Source: Eledone cirrhosa (taxonomy: Eukaryota). From it: DNA of 64,000 nucleotides. The first letter of the stretch is position 1. Every line of letters starts with the position of its first letter. Of the stretch, positions 54,447 to 64,000 are shown piece by piece. The notes beneath the pieces were generated by a model. It did not search any database. It saw nothing but the letters and a program-made list of their open reading frames with translations, and was not told the DNA's origin. The DNA lies in contig OZ024743.1 in NCBI GenBank assembly GCA_964016885.1, positions 252,774,001-252,838,000 on the forward strand. Reading direction: 5' to 3'. Position numbers and translations under genes: made by a program.

Positions 54447-55479
54447 CCCTACACTGTCCAGGAATATATCATTGTGGTAGAGATGGTGGTCCTTTATTAG
54501 TTTTTGTATCGTTGTTATTGTCTTTCCTTATACCTTATGGAACTATATTTTAAAGTTTATAAATTCATGCATCAAAAGAGAAGCACTGGTGTCGTACAAA
54601 GAAATTAAAGAGTAAGAAAATGAAAGAACTGACTTCCAATATGAAGTTCTGGTTGAGCTAGAACTCAACAGTGTATGATGTATCTGAAGGGGCTGAGATG
54701 TTATGGGATTTTATCTGGATCAACAATCTACAAGTTGGCTGGCATTGAATATATAAATAACAGCTGAGCAGTGATTTCTGAACTGGAGAAGGAAACAAAA
54801 TATGTTTCATTAAAGATATGGCAAAGGCACATGAGAGCAATGAACAGGAACATATAAGAATAAATCCTTGGGGAAATTTAAAGCAAAGTAGTTACATGTT
54901 TGGTATGTTGCTATGGGGCTGCAAATAGTATATAAAACAGAGGAAAAGGCATGTTACAATGTGGATGAACAAATTATATAAATATATATATATTTAAAAA
55001 AAGGGAAAAGAATGACTTCATTTGTAGTTCTAAACAATTTAATTTAATTTTATATCATGATTTTAAAAATTGGTTTTGTAGATCTAGTAAGTTTGTGTTA
55101 ACTTCAGTGAGGAGATTTTTAAAGATTCCTGGTTAACTTTCCTGGAGAACTTTGTTGATCACTGGCAATTGTCAAACTGATATATATATTTACATGTATA
55201 TATAGTTAAAAAAAAACAAAAAAAAAACACAAAGATACAAAAACAATTAGTTTTTCTGCTTTGGATGTAAGAGAGAAAATAAGTTCAATGTATCAGACAT
55301 TAGTCCTTCATCAGGAAAGTACAAGTAGATAGATTAGAAAATAAAACACAGAAAAATGTGGACATACATACGCACATAAATATCAACACATCCATACATA
55401 CACATACATATATACAACTACACACACATATATACACACATATATATATAGAAACATATATATATATATATATATATAT

Positions 55480-57528
55480 ATGGAAACATATATATATATA
55501 TATATATATATATGGAAAGAATGGAAGAACGGGGGGAGCAGGGTACATTACATAGAGACCAAGAGGGAAGCTAGGCGACAAGTATACTTAGCTAGGAGGG
55601 AAGCAGAGGATAGAAAATTCAAGCATGTTTTACAACGTGAGGACCAGAAACAGGAGGTATTCAAGATTGCGAGGCAGTGTGTCAGAGATAGTTGTGATGT
55701 CATTGGAGAGAAGTGTATCCGGAATGATAAAGGTGAGCTTGCCCTCACAAGTGCTGAGAAGAAAGATGCATGGAAGAGTCATTATGATAGATTACTAAAT
55801 GAGGAGAATGCATGGGAAGAAGAGACCCTACCTCACGTAGAACCTATAGAGGGACCAGCAGTACAAGTCAGCGGCAGCGTAGTAAGTAAGGCAATCAGAG
55901 ATATGAAGATAGGGAAGGCAACCGGTCCATCGGGTATAGCTGCCGAGATGCTGAAGGCATCTGGGTCTGTAGGTCACACTATAACCACACGTATCGTTAA
56001 CCAGGTAATACTAGAGGGGGCCATACCAAAAGATTGGTGCAGTAGCATCATTGTCAACTGCTACAAAGGTAAAGGCGATGCACTAGATAGAGGAAACTAT
56101 AGAGGTATAAAGTTGATGGACCAGGTCATGAAAGTAACAGAAAGAGTTATAGCACAGCTGATTAGGGACCGGGTGAATATAGACGAGATGCAATTTGGGT
56201 TTGTACCAGGGAAAGGCACCACTGATGCCCTCTTCCTTGTGAGGCAATTACAGGAAAAGTACCTAGCTAAAAGTAAGCCACTCTACTTGGCATTTGTCGA
56301 CCTTGAGAAAGCCTTTGACAGAGTTCCACGTGCAGTAATCTGGTGGGCTCTTAGAAGACTAGGAGTAGATGAATGGCTTGTGAAAGCGGTACAAGCCATG
56401 TATAGGGGAGCAGTCAGCAAAGTTAGGATTGGCAATGAGTATAGCGAGGAATTTAGCGTACAGGTTGGGGTCCACCAGGGCTCTGTTCTTAGCCCTCTCC
56501 TGTTCATCATAGTCCTGCAGGCAATAACGGAGGAGTTTAAGACCGGATGCCCATGGGAACTCCTGTATGCTGATGACCTCGCACTCATAGCTGAATCTAT
56601 GGTAGAACTAGAGAATAAATTCCAAACCTGGAAGCAGGGACTAGAGAGAAAGGGCCTCAAAGTCAACATGACAAAGACTAAGGTCCTTATAAGTAGACGA
56701 GAAAACAGAACCCAGATCCCCTCAGGGAAATGGCCTTGCTCAGTATGTAGGAAAGGTGTAGGTAGGAACTCCATTCTCTGCCCCAAATGCAAACAATGGG
56801 TACACAAGAGATGTAGCGGGATCTCAGGAAGCTTAATTAAGAATGTAGGATTCACATGCAGCAGCTGTGCTGAAACAGCAAGCAAACAGCCACAGGAAAC
56901 AAGTACCACCAATCTCTGGGAGGGCCCTGTAGAAACAGTAGACAGCTTCTGCTACCTAGGTGACCGATTTAGCAACGGAGGTGGGTGCTCAGAAAGTACA
57001 ATAACTAGGGTAAGAACGGGATGGAAGAAGTTTAGGGAACTACTACCACTGCTAGCTGCAAAAGGCTTCTCCCTCAGAATGAAAGGCAGACTGTATGATG
57101 CGTGTATCCGAACAGCGATGTTGCATGGTAGTGAGACCTGGGCGCTGAAAGTGGAAGACTTACGTAGATTAGAGAGAAACGAAGCCTGCATGCTCCGATG
57201 GATGTGTAACAGTAATGTACGTGAACGACAAAGCATAAAGGAATTGAGAGAGAGACTGAGCATAAGAGGAATCAAATGCTGCGTACAGGAGAGGCGGTTA
57301 CGCTGGTATGGACATGTGATGCGTATGAAGGATGACAGCTGCATAAAAAGGTGCAGAGCACTAGAAGTTGATGGAAACCGCGGAGTGGGGAGACCCAAGA
57401 TGACTTGGGATGAGGTGATAAAAGCCGAACTTACCCAACTACACCTCTCAAAGTCAATGACACACGACCGTGACTTCTGGCGTCACGCAGTAATACAGGG
57501 TACCCGACCTCCCATGGGTACATGCTGA
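55480..57528 (+). CDS. RTE reverse transcriptase ORF, N-truncated, with C4HC3 insert; the predicted ATG comes from flanking microsatellite
   Basis: NYRGIKL, QFGF, FVDLEKAFD, GVHQGSVLSP, YADD, YLG, RLRWYGHV and GRPK motifs. Confidence 0.9.
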   Translation: METYIYIYIYIWKEWKNGGSRVHYIETKREARRQVYLARREAEDRKFKHVLQREDQKQEVFKIARQCVRDSCDVIGEKCIRNDKGELALTSAEKKDAWKSHYDRLLNEENAWEEETLPHVEPIEGPAVQVSGSVVSKAIRDMKIGKATGPSGIAAEMLKASGSVGHTITTRIVNQVILEGAIPKDWCSSIIVNCYKGKGDALDRGNYRGIKLMDQVMKVTERVIAQLIRDRVNIDEMQFGFVPGKGTTDALFLVRQLQEKYLAKSKPLYLAFVDLEKAFDRVPRAVIWWALRRLGVDEWLVKAVQAMYRGAVSKVRIGNEYSEEFSVQVGVHQGSVLSPLLFIIVLQAITEEFKTGCPWELLYADDLALIAESMVELENKFQTWKQGLERKGLKVNMTKTKVLISRRENRTQIPSGKWPCSVCRKGVGRNSILCPKCKQWVHKRCSGISGSLIKNVGFTCSSCAETASKQPQETSTTNLWEGPVETVDSFCYLGDRFSNGGGCSESTITRVRTGWKKFRELLPLLAAKGFSLRMKGRLYDACIRTAMLHGSETWALKVEDLRRLERNEACMLRWMCNSNVRERQSIKELRERLSIRGIKCCVQERRLRWYGHVMRMKDDSCIKRCRALEVDGNRGVGRPKMTWDEVIKAELTQLHLSKSMTHDRDFWRHAVIQGTRPPMGTC

Positions 57529-57820
57529 AGCATATAAACAATATGCCCCCCCCCCCCCCACCGCAAGGTGGTCGTGGAGGTGCCACGGCAAAAAAGCACC
57601 CAGCCCACACTGTAAAGTGGACGTGTAGGCGCCACGAAAAAGCACCCAGCACACACTGTAAATGAGGTTGGTGTTAGGAAGGGCATCCAGCTGTAGAAAT
57701 CAAGCCAGATCAGTTCCTGTATGAGCAAGGCATGGTCAGCCGACCAGACACTGCCCACAACAGGACAACCCGTCTAACCCATGCTAGCGTGGAAGAACGG
57801 ACGTAAAACGGTGATGATGA
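55512..57820 (+). mobile_element. Young 5'-truncated RTE-clade LINE inserted in (TA)n
   Basis: Uninterrupted RT ORF, ~290-nt 3' UTR and (GAT)n tail; no APE endonuclease; (TA)n on both sides. Confidence 0.96.
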
Positions 57821-58405
57821 TATATATATATATGCATACACATACACATACATAGCCATGCACATATACATATACATACATACATACATGAACACAATCA
57901 TACCTATATACACACGTACATACATACACATACATAAATGCATACATATGCATGTACAAAATTAGAAAAATATATATACACACACCTTTACATATTCACA
58001 CACGCAAATAAATATAAGAAAAGATATATATAAAAAAAAAATAATAAAGACTATTATACAGTTGACAGCGATACAAACGACGAATAGATGAACAGACACG
58101 CGTGGTAAGCAATACACACAAATGCACGTACACATACGTACGAAAAAGTAAATACATACACACACTCTCACACATAAATATACATATACAAATACATAAA
58201 CACATACATACACATACACAAATACATACACACACATATACATATACATATATACACACACATATACACATACATACATATATATATATATATAAATACA
58301 CACACACATATACACACATATATATATACACACACACATACATACATAGCTATACAATTATACGCATACAAATACGTACATATCACAAACACGCACAACC
58401 AAATA

Positions 58406-58457
<52 letters not shown>

Positions 58458-58577
58458 CATATATATATGTGTGTGTGTGTAAAACTCAATCTTAGATAAT
58501 TCATAAGAACCTTATATAACTCCAAAATATACATATACATATATATAGTAATGTAATAAAGAACATAAGGCAATTAT

Positions 58578-58636
58578 TCCATTCACCAGTGGTTTCTTAA
58601 AAGCAAAAAAAATTTGCCTTCAATCATCAGAATGAA
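58578..58636 (-). ncRNA. Hammerhead ribozyme copy with GUG site (predicted inactive)
   Basis: TTCATT-CTGATGA-TTGAAGGCAA..TTGCTTTTAA-GAAA-CCACTGG-TG-AATGGA. Confidence 0.8.
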
Positions 58637-58673
58637 AAAAACCTGGTCTATCTATATATATACACACACACAC

Positions 58674-58764
<91 letters not shown>

Positions 58765-60141
58765 AATATATATATACAGATACACATACATACACATACA
58801 TTTTGGTATGTGAAGGGTAAGGCAAAAAGAATATATGGGGGTGGGGGGAAGAAGACATAGGAAAAGGTGAAATATAAGGGGAGATAAGGGAGAAAAAGAA
58901 TACAAGGGTACAGAACGTGGATTCAGCAAATAAAAAAACCGTAGTAGTAGTAAAGAGCAGAGAAGGAGTTCAAGGCGGTTGATTTATCATAGGAGTGTCA
59001 ATCGAGTTACAGATCAGACGTGATTTCAGATGAGGACAACATCTGAAGATCTCGGTCTTTGAGTTTAGGCAAGCAGAAGTGACTCTCAAGTTTAGCAAAA
59101 TACTATATTTTTCAGTGGTACACAAAGAACAATTCTTTGGCCCCTTTGGTACTCCCTCGAATGGTCTAAGATAGACCAATCGATAGAGTACGGAATGTTA
59201 CTATCATTGAATTCCCACACCTTACTTGCGAGGGCCATTGATGTTCGTTTATCGGAGTGCTTAAAAGAAGCGACATGTGAGTAAAATCTGGTTTTAAACC
59301 TGTCCTGGGTCATGCCGACATATCGCTCACTCCTGGCTGGCTGGTTGTTGATTAACGGTGTTATTTTAGCCTCATAAACAACAGATTTGGTGTTATATTT
59401 ACCCTGCAATGGGCATTCATCCGGCTTCCTGCAACTGCATCCTGGATTTGTTCTCGTATGATTTGAACTAGTGATCTTGGACTTCATAGATGGGCAACAA
59501 GAGTAACTGATCTTAATTACGTTCCTATTAAATATCTTATAATATCTATGATTCGGAAGAAAATGTTTGTCTAAGAGTTCAAGGAATTTCATTCCTACAT
59601 TAGTTTTGACAGTTAGAGAGAAGGGGGTGGGGGGGGTGGGGGGGGGGGTGTGAACCAAATAATTTTCCTTTTCCTGTTATCCATCAACGGCCCTCACAAG
59701 TAAGGTGTGGGAATTCAAGGATAGTAACATCACCTAGTCTATCGATTGGTCTATCTTAGACCATTCGAGGGAGTAACAAAGTGGTACAAAGAATTGTTCT
59801 TTGTGTACCACTGAAAAATATAGGATTTTGGTAAACTTGAGAGTCACTTCTGCTTGCCTAAACTCAAAGACCGAGATCTTCAAATGTTGTCCTCATCTGA
59901 AATCACATCTGATCTGTAAATCGATTGACACTCCTATGATAAATCAACCGCCTTGAACTCCTCTCCTGCTCTTTACTTCTACTACGGTTTTTTTATTTGC
60001 TGAATCCACATTCTGTACCCTTGTATTCTTTTTCTCCCTTATCTCCCCTTATATTTCACCTTTTCCTATGTCTTCTCCCCCCCCCCCATATATTATTTTT
60101 TCCTTACCCTTCACATACCAAAATGTATGTGTATGTATGTG

Positions 60142-60228
<87 letters not shown>

Positions 60229-60259
60229 ATATATATATATGTAGATAGACCAGGTTTTT

Positions 60260-60318
60260 TTCATTCTCATGATTGAAGGCAATTTTTTTTTGCTTTTAAG
60301 AAACCACTGGTGAATGGA
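60260..60318 (+). ncRNA. Hammerhead ribozyme copy with mutated core (CTCATGA) and GUG site
   Basis: Mirror of 58578-58636 with a G5-to-C change. Confidence 0.75.
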
Positions 60319-60425
60319 ATAATTGCCTTATGTTGTTTATTACATTACTATATATATGTATATGCATATTTTGGAGTTATATAAGGTTCTTATGAATTAT
60401 CTAAGATTGAGTTTTACACACACAC

Positions 60426-60495
<70 letters not shown>

Positions 60496-61400
60496 TTGTA
60501 TTTGATTGTGCGTGTTTGTGATATGTACGTATTTGTTTGCGTATAATTGTATAGCTATGTATGTGTGTGTGTGTGTATGTATATATATATATGTATATAT
60601 GGGTGTGTGTATTTATATATATATATATATATGTATGTGTATATATGTATATGTGTGTGTGTTTGTGTATGTATTTGTGTATGCGTATGTATGTGTTTAT
60701 GTATTTGTATATGTATATTTATGTGTGAGAGTGTGTGTATGTATTTACTTTTTCGTACGTATGTGTACGTGCATTTGTGTGTATTGCTTACCACGCGTGT
60801 CTGTTCATCTATTCGTCGTTTGTATCACTGTCAACTGTATTATGGTTTTTTTTATATATATCTTTTATTATATTTATTTGCGTGTGTGAATATGTAGAGG
60901 TGTGTGTATATATATTTTTTCTAATTTTGTACATGCATGTGTATGCATTTATGTATGTGTATGTATGTACGTGTGTATATAGGTATGATTGTGTGCATGT
61001 ATGTATGTATGTATATGTATGTGTGCATGGCTATGTATGTGTATGTGTATGCATATATATATATATATTTATGTTTCTATATATATGTGTGTGTATATAT
61101 GTGTGTGTATGTATGGATGTGTTGATATTTATGTGCGTATGTATGTATGTATGTATGTATGTGTATATGTATATGTATGTGCGTATTTATATACACATAT
61201 ATATGTGTATATGTGTGTGTGTATGTATGAGTGTATATATATATATATATATATGTGTGTGTATGTATGCTTTTGTGTGTGTGTGTTTGCATGTGTGTTT
61301 TTATTTTATTTTTCCTTTCCTTTTCTTTCTCCAGCCTCAATTTCATATAGATTGCATTTTTGTTTTTAAAATCCAAATTCAATAAACAGACCAGGATTTT

Positions 61401-61458
61401 TTCATTCTGATGATTGAAAGCAACATTTTTTGCTTTTAAGAAACCACTGGTAAATGGA
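61401..61458 (+). ncRNA. Intact type I hammerhead ribozyme
   Basis: TTCATT-CTGATGA-TTGAAAGCAA(CATTTT)TTGCTTTTAA-GAAA-CCACTGG-TA-AATGGA: 6-bp stem I, 10-bp stem II, GUA site with predicted cleavage after 61452. Confidence 0.88.
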
Positions 61459-61552
61459 ATAATTGCCTTATGTTGTCTATTACATAACTATTAAGCTCTG
61501 TTACATACATAGAGCACTCTTTTTTCCTGGACTTTTCCGACAGATTTACTTC

Positions 61553-61669
<117 letters not shown>

Positions 61670-61673
61670 AATT

Positions 61674-62330
61674 CATTAGTTAAGCAAAGCAGACCATAAA
61701 TTTTACAAGGAAGATATTATTAAAAGATTGTCAACATATTTTAGTTTGATGTAAGGAAGGTAGAGAATAATAATAATAATATTAATAATAATTGTTTCTA
61801 CTTTAGGCACAAGGCCAGCAATCCCCAGTTCATTACTGGTACTTTATTTTATCGACCCCGTAAGGATGAAAGGCAAAGTCAACCTCGGCGGGATTTGAAC
61901 TCAGATCGTAAAGGGACGTAACTATGCTGGAAAGCATGGCGTCCGACCCTCTACCGATACTGCCAATCCACGGCCATTAATATTAATAATAATAATGTCC
62001 GTTTACAATTGTTTCGCTATTCCATATAATATTTCTGGATCAGATGACTATATATCATAATTGATCTGGTTCAGTTGAAAATAATTAACATATATTCCTT
62101 TGAAGTTCCGATCAGCCGCTCTGTCTTTTAAATATGTTAATTATTTTCAACTGAACCAGATCAATTATGATATATAGTCATCTGATCCAGAAATATTATA
62201 TGGAGTAGCGAAACAAATGTAAACGGGCATTATTATTATTAATATTATTATTATTATTATTCTCTACATTCAAACTAAAATATGTTGACAATCTTTGTGA
62301 AATGTGTGGTCTTGCTTTGCTTAACTAATG
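61674..62330. repeat. Fold-back (~200-bp arms) with a SINE inserted in the left arm
   Basis: CATTAGTTAAGCAAAGC...TTGAAAATAATTAACATAT pairs with ATATGTTAATTATTTTCAA...GCTTTGCTTAACTAATG. Confidence 0.9.
61792..61977 (-). mobile_element. SINE family A with 15-bp TSD
   Basis: TAATATTAATAATAA on both sides; the opposite arm of the palindrome retains the empty site. Confidence 0.92.
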
Positions 62331-62882
62331 GATATTTCCAGCTCTGCGCACCTAACTTCTGCATGAACCCAGCCACCTAGCTGCTTTATACTGCATATTG
62401 CACATTGAGCACATGCCTTTACGCTTTGGCTTCTTACTAATTCACCAAACTCACCTCTCATATGTCCTCTCCTATCTCCATCTCTCTCTTTAAGATTGGT
62501 TACTCTTGAACTGTGTATATATATATATGTATATATATATATATAAGTATGTATACGTACATACATATATGTACAGTAGTATGTATATATATACATACAT
62601 GCACACATATATATATATGTACGTATGGGTTTACTGAACATTTATTATGATGTTCGGTTTGTTTGTAAACAAACAGCCCGAATTACGTATACATACTTAT
62701 ATTTAAGTATCAGCCGTACTAAGAGTGAGAAATGAAATTTCGTTTCATTCTTTTCCTTTTATCGTTTTCGGTACGCCCAGCCGACTAACTCACTTGATAT
62801 GCAAATTAGGCTGCTCAGCTGTTAATATGCATAAGGAAAGTATATACTTTCAAACGTTCAATCATCTGACAGGAAGGTATAC

Positions 62883-62921
62883 GATGCTGATGATAGCTAA
62901 TAAGCTTGAAACTAGTTCATC
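62883..62921 (+). ncRNA. Minimal type I hammerhead ribozyme, no adjacent ORF
   Basis: GATG-CTGATGA-T-AGCT(AATA)AGCT-T-GAAA-CTAG-TT-CATC: all core nucleotides present, palindromic stem III ACTAGT. Confidence 0.85.
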
Positions 62922-63564
62922 ATTCCTTTGTCAGTGTTGATTCTGCTACAATATGAATCCGTTATCACTATAACTGTGATGTATCAGGTCAACTCTGGCA
63001 GTCCCTTGGATAAAAAATCCCCTGCTTAGATAAAGACCAAAATCCTGCTGATGATAACTTACATCAATCAACATTTGTAATATTTGGAAATACTGCATAA
63101 CTTTTGTGAGTAACACTTACTGATGCAACTGTTGTGCATAGAACATTGTATTAAAACTGTAGAGTTTGACTCTCTTTATTGTATCCACACTAAACCATTT
63201 ATTTACTAATTAACGTATAGTGACCACTCTGGGCTACAAATTCATACTTACAACATATGGTTTTTGTAAATTCACTGAGTGAGTAGATAGCAACTTAGCT
63301 AGATGGACTGTAAATAAATAGGTTCGTTAAACTTAATTTATATATGTATAAATATATATATATATATATACACACACACATATACATTTCTATATATGTC
63401 AATATATATTTCTGTATATGATGTTCATTATCTTTTCAATTCAAAATGAAATTCGTATTTTCTAGCATGTTAACATGCCTATGTATTAAATTTGTATATA
63501 TATATTTATACACGTTGGTGCAGTCTTGGTTATGCATTCTATATTTATACAGATATAACTTCAT

Positions 63565-63597
<33 letters not shown>

Positions 63598-63624
63598 TAT
63601 ATTATATATATATATGTATATAAA

Positions 63625-64000
63625 CATCATCCCCATTTAATGTTCATTCTCCATGCTAGTATGGATTAGTTGAGCTAATCCATTGTGAGAGAAACCAGGC
63701 TGGATGACTGTCTTGCTCATACAGAACTGATTTTGGTTTGGTTTCTACGACTGGATGCTTTTCCTAACACCAATCACATTTACAGTGTGTACTGGGTGCT
63801 TTTTGTTGTGATACCTACATTTTGTTGTGATACCTACATTAACACTTTACAGTGTGGACTAAGTGCTTTTTGTTGTGATACCTACATGAACACTTTACAG
63901 TGTGGACTGGGTGCTTTTTGTCATGACACCTTCACAACCACTTTATAGTATAGATTGTTTTTTTTTTTACCATGACACCTTTACAGTGTGGATTGGGGAT
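63625..64000 (-). mobile_element. RTE 3' end with tandem ~43-bp UTR units (runs off the window)
   Basis: TTTAATGTTCATTCTCCATGCTAG tail, GCTCATACAGAACTGAT, repeated CACTTTACAGTGTGGACT. Confidence 0.8.

Larger units (their letters stand above)
57821..61490 (-). mobile_element. Naiad-like Penelope insertion with long inverted pseudo-LTR
   Basis: Minus ORFs 59092-59658 and 58970-59179 (FSLTVKTNVG, CSC..CPLQG, VVYEA...YVGMT, CSLCTTEK, CCPH). 57821-59243 is mirrored by 59682-~61060. Confidence 0.92.

Noticed and set aside
56283-57398. Long antisense ORFs opposite RTE coding sequence (also 396-1346, 46711-47211, 49567-49899)
   Set aside because: Shadow frames of the RT ORF with no independent motifs.
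57962-61385. Many YIYI/VCVC/THTH ORFs here and throughout the window
   Set aside because: Translations of (TA)n, (CA)n, (GA)n and trinucleotide microsatellites.
63047-63100. CTGATGA heptamer (others at ~24599, ~53044 and inside RTE ORFs)
   Set aside because: No closing stem II, GAAA and UH arrangement.

Overview
AT-rich, repeat-dense eukaryotic (animal) non-coding DNA. The long (TA)n/(CA)n tracts, RTE-clade LINEs with (GAT)n tails and tRNA-derived SINEs resemble octopod (cephalopod) genomes; that assignment is an inference. I could not support any host protein-coding exon. Contents: about eight RTE LINE copies, one of them a young 5'-truncated copy with an uninterrupted RT ORF (55512-57820); five Penelope-like element (PLE) fragments of Naiad-like and Neptune-like types; decayed R4/Dong, CRE, Tx1-like and BovB-like LINE pieces; many SINEs; a hAT MITE; and several minisatellites. 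The strongest signal absent from the ORF track is a dense set of type I hammerhead ribozyme (HHR) motifs, with eight clear cores plus relics. They sit downstream of PLE ORFs, inside fold-back hairpins, and in a non-coding ~531-bp tandem/inverted unit that looks like a retrozyme. The RTE reverse transcriptase also carries an in-frame C4HC3 (PHD-like) finger that is conserved across divergent copies. All alignments and folds were done by eye.
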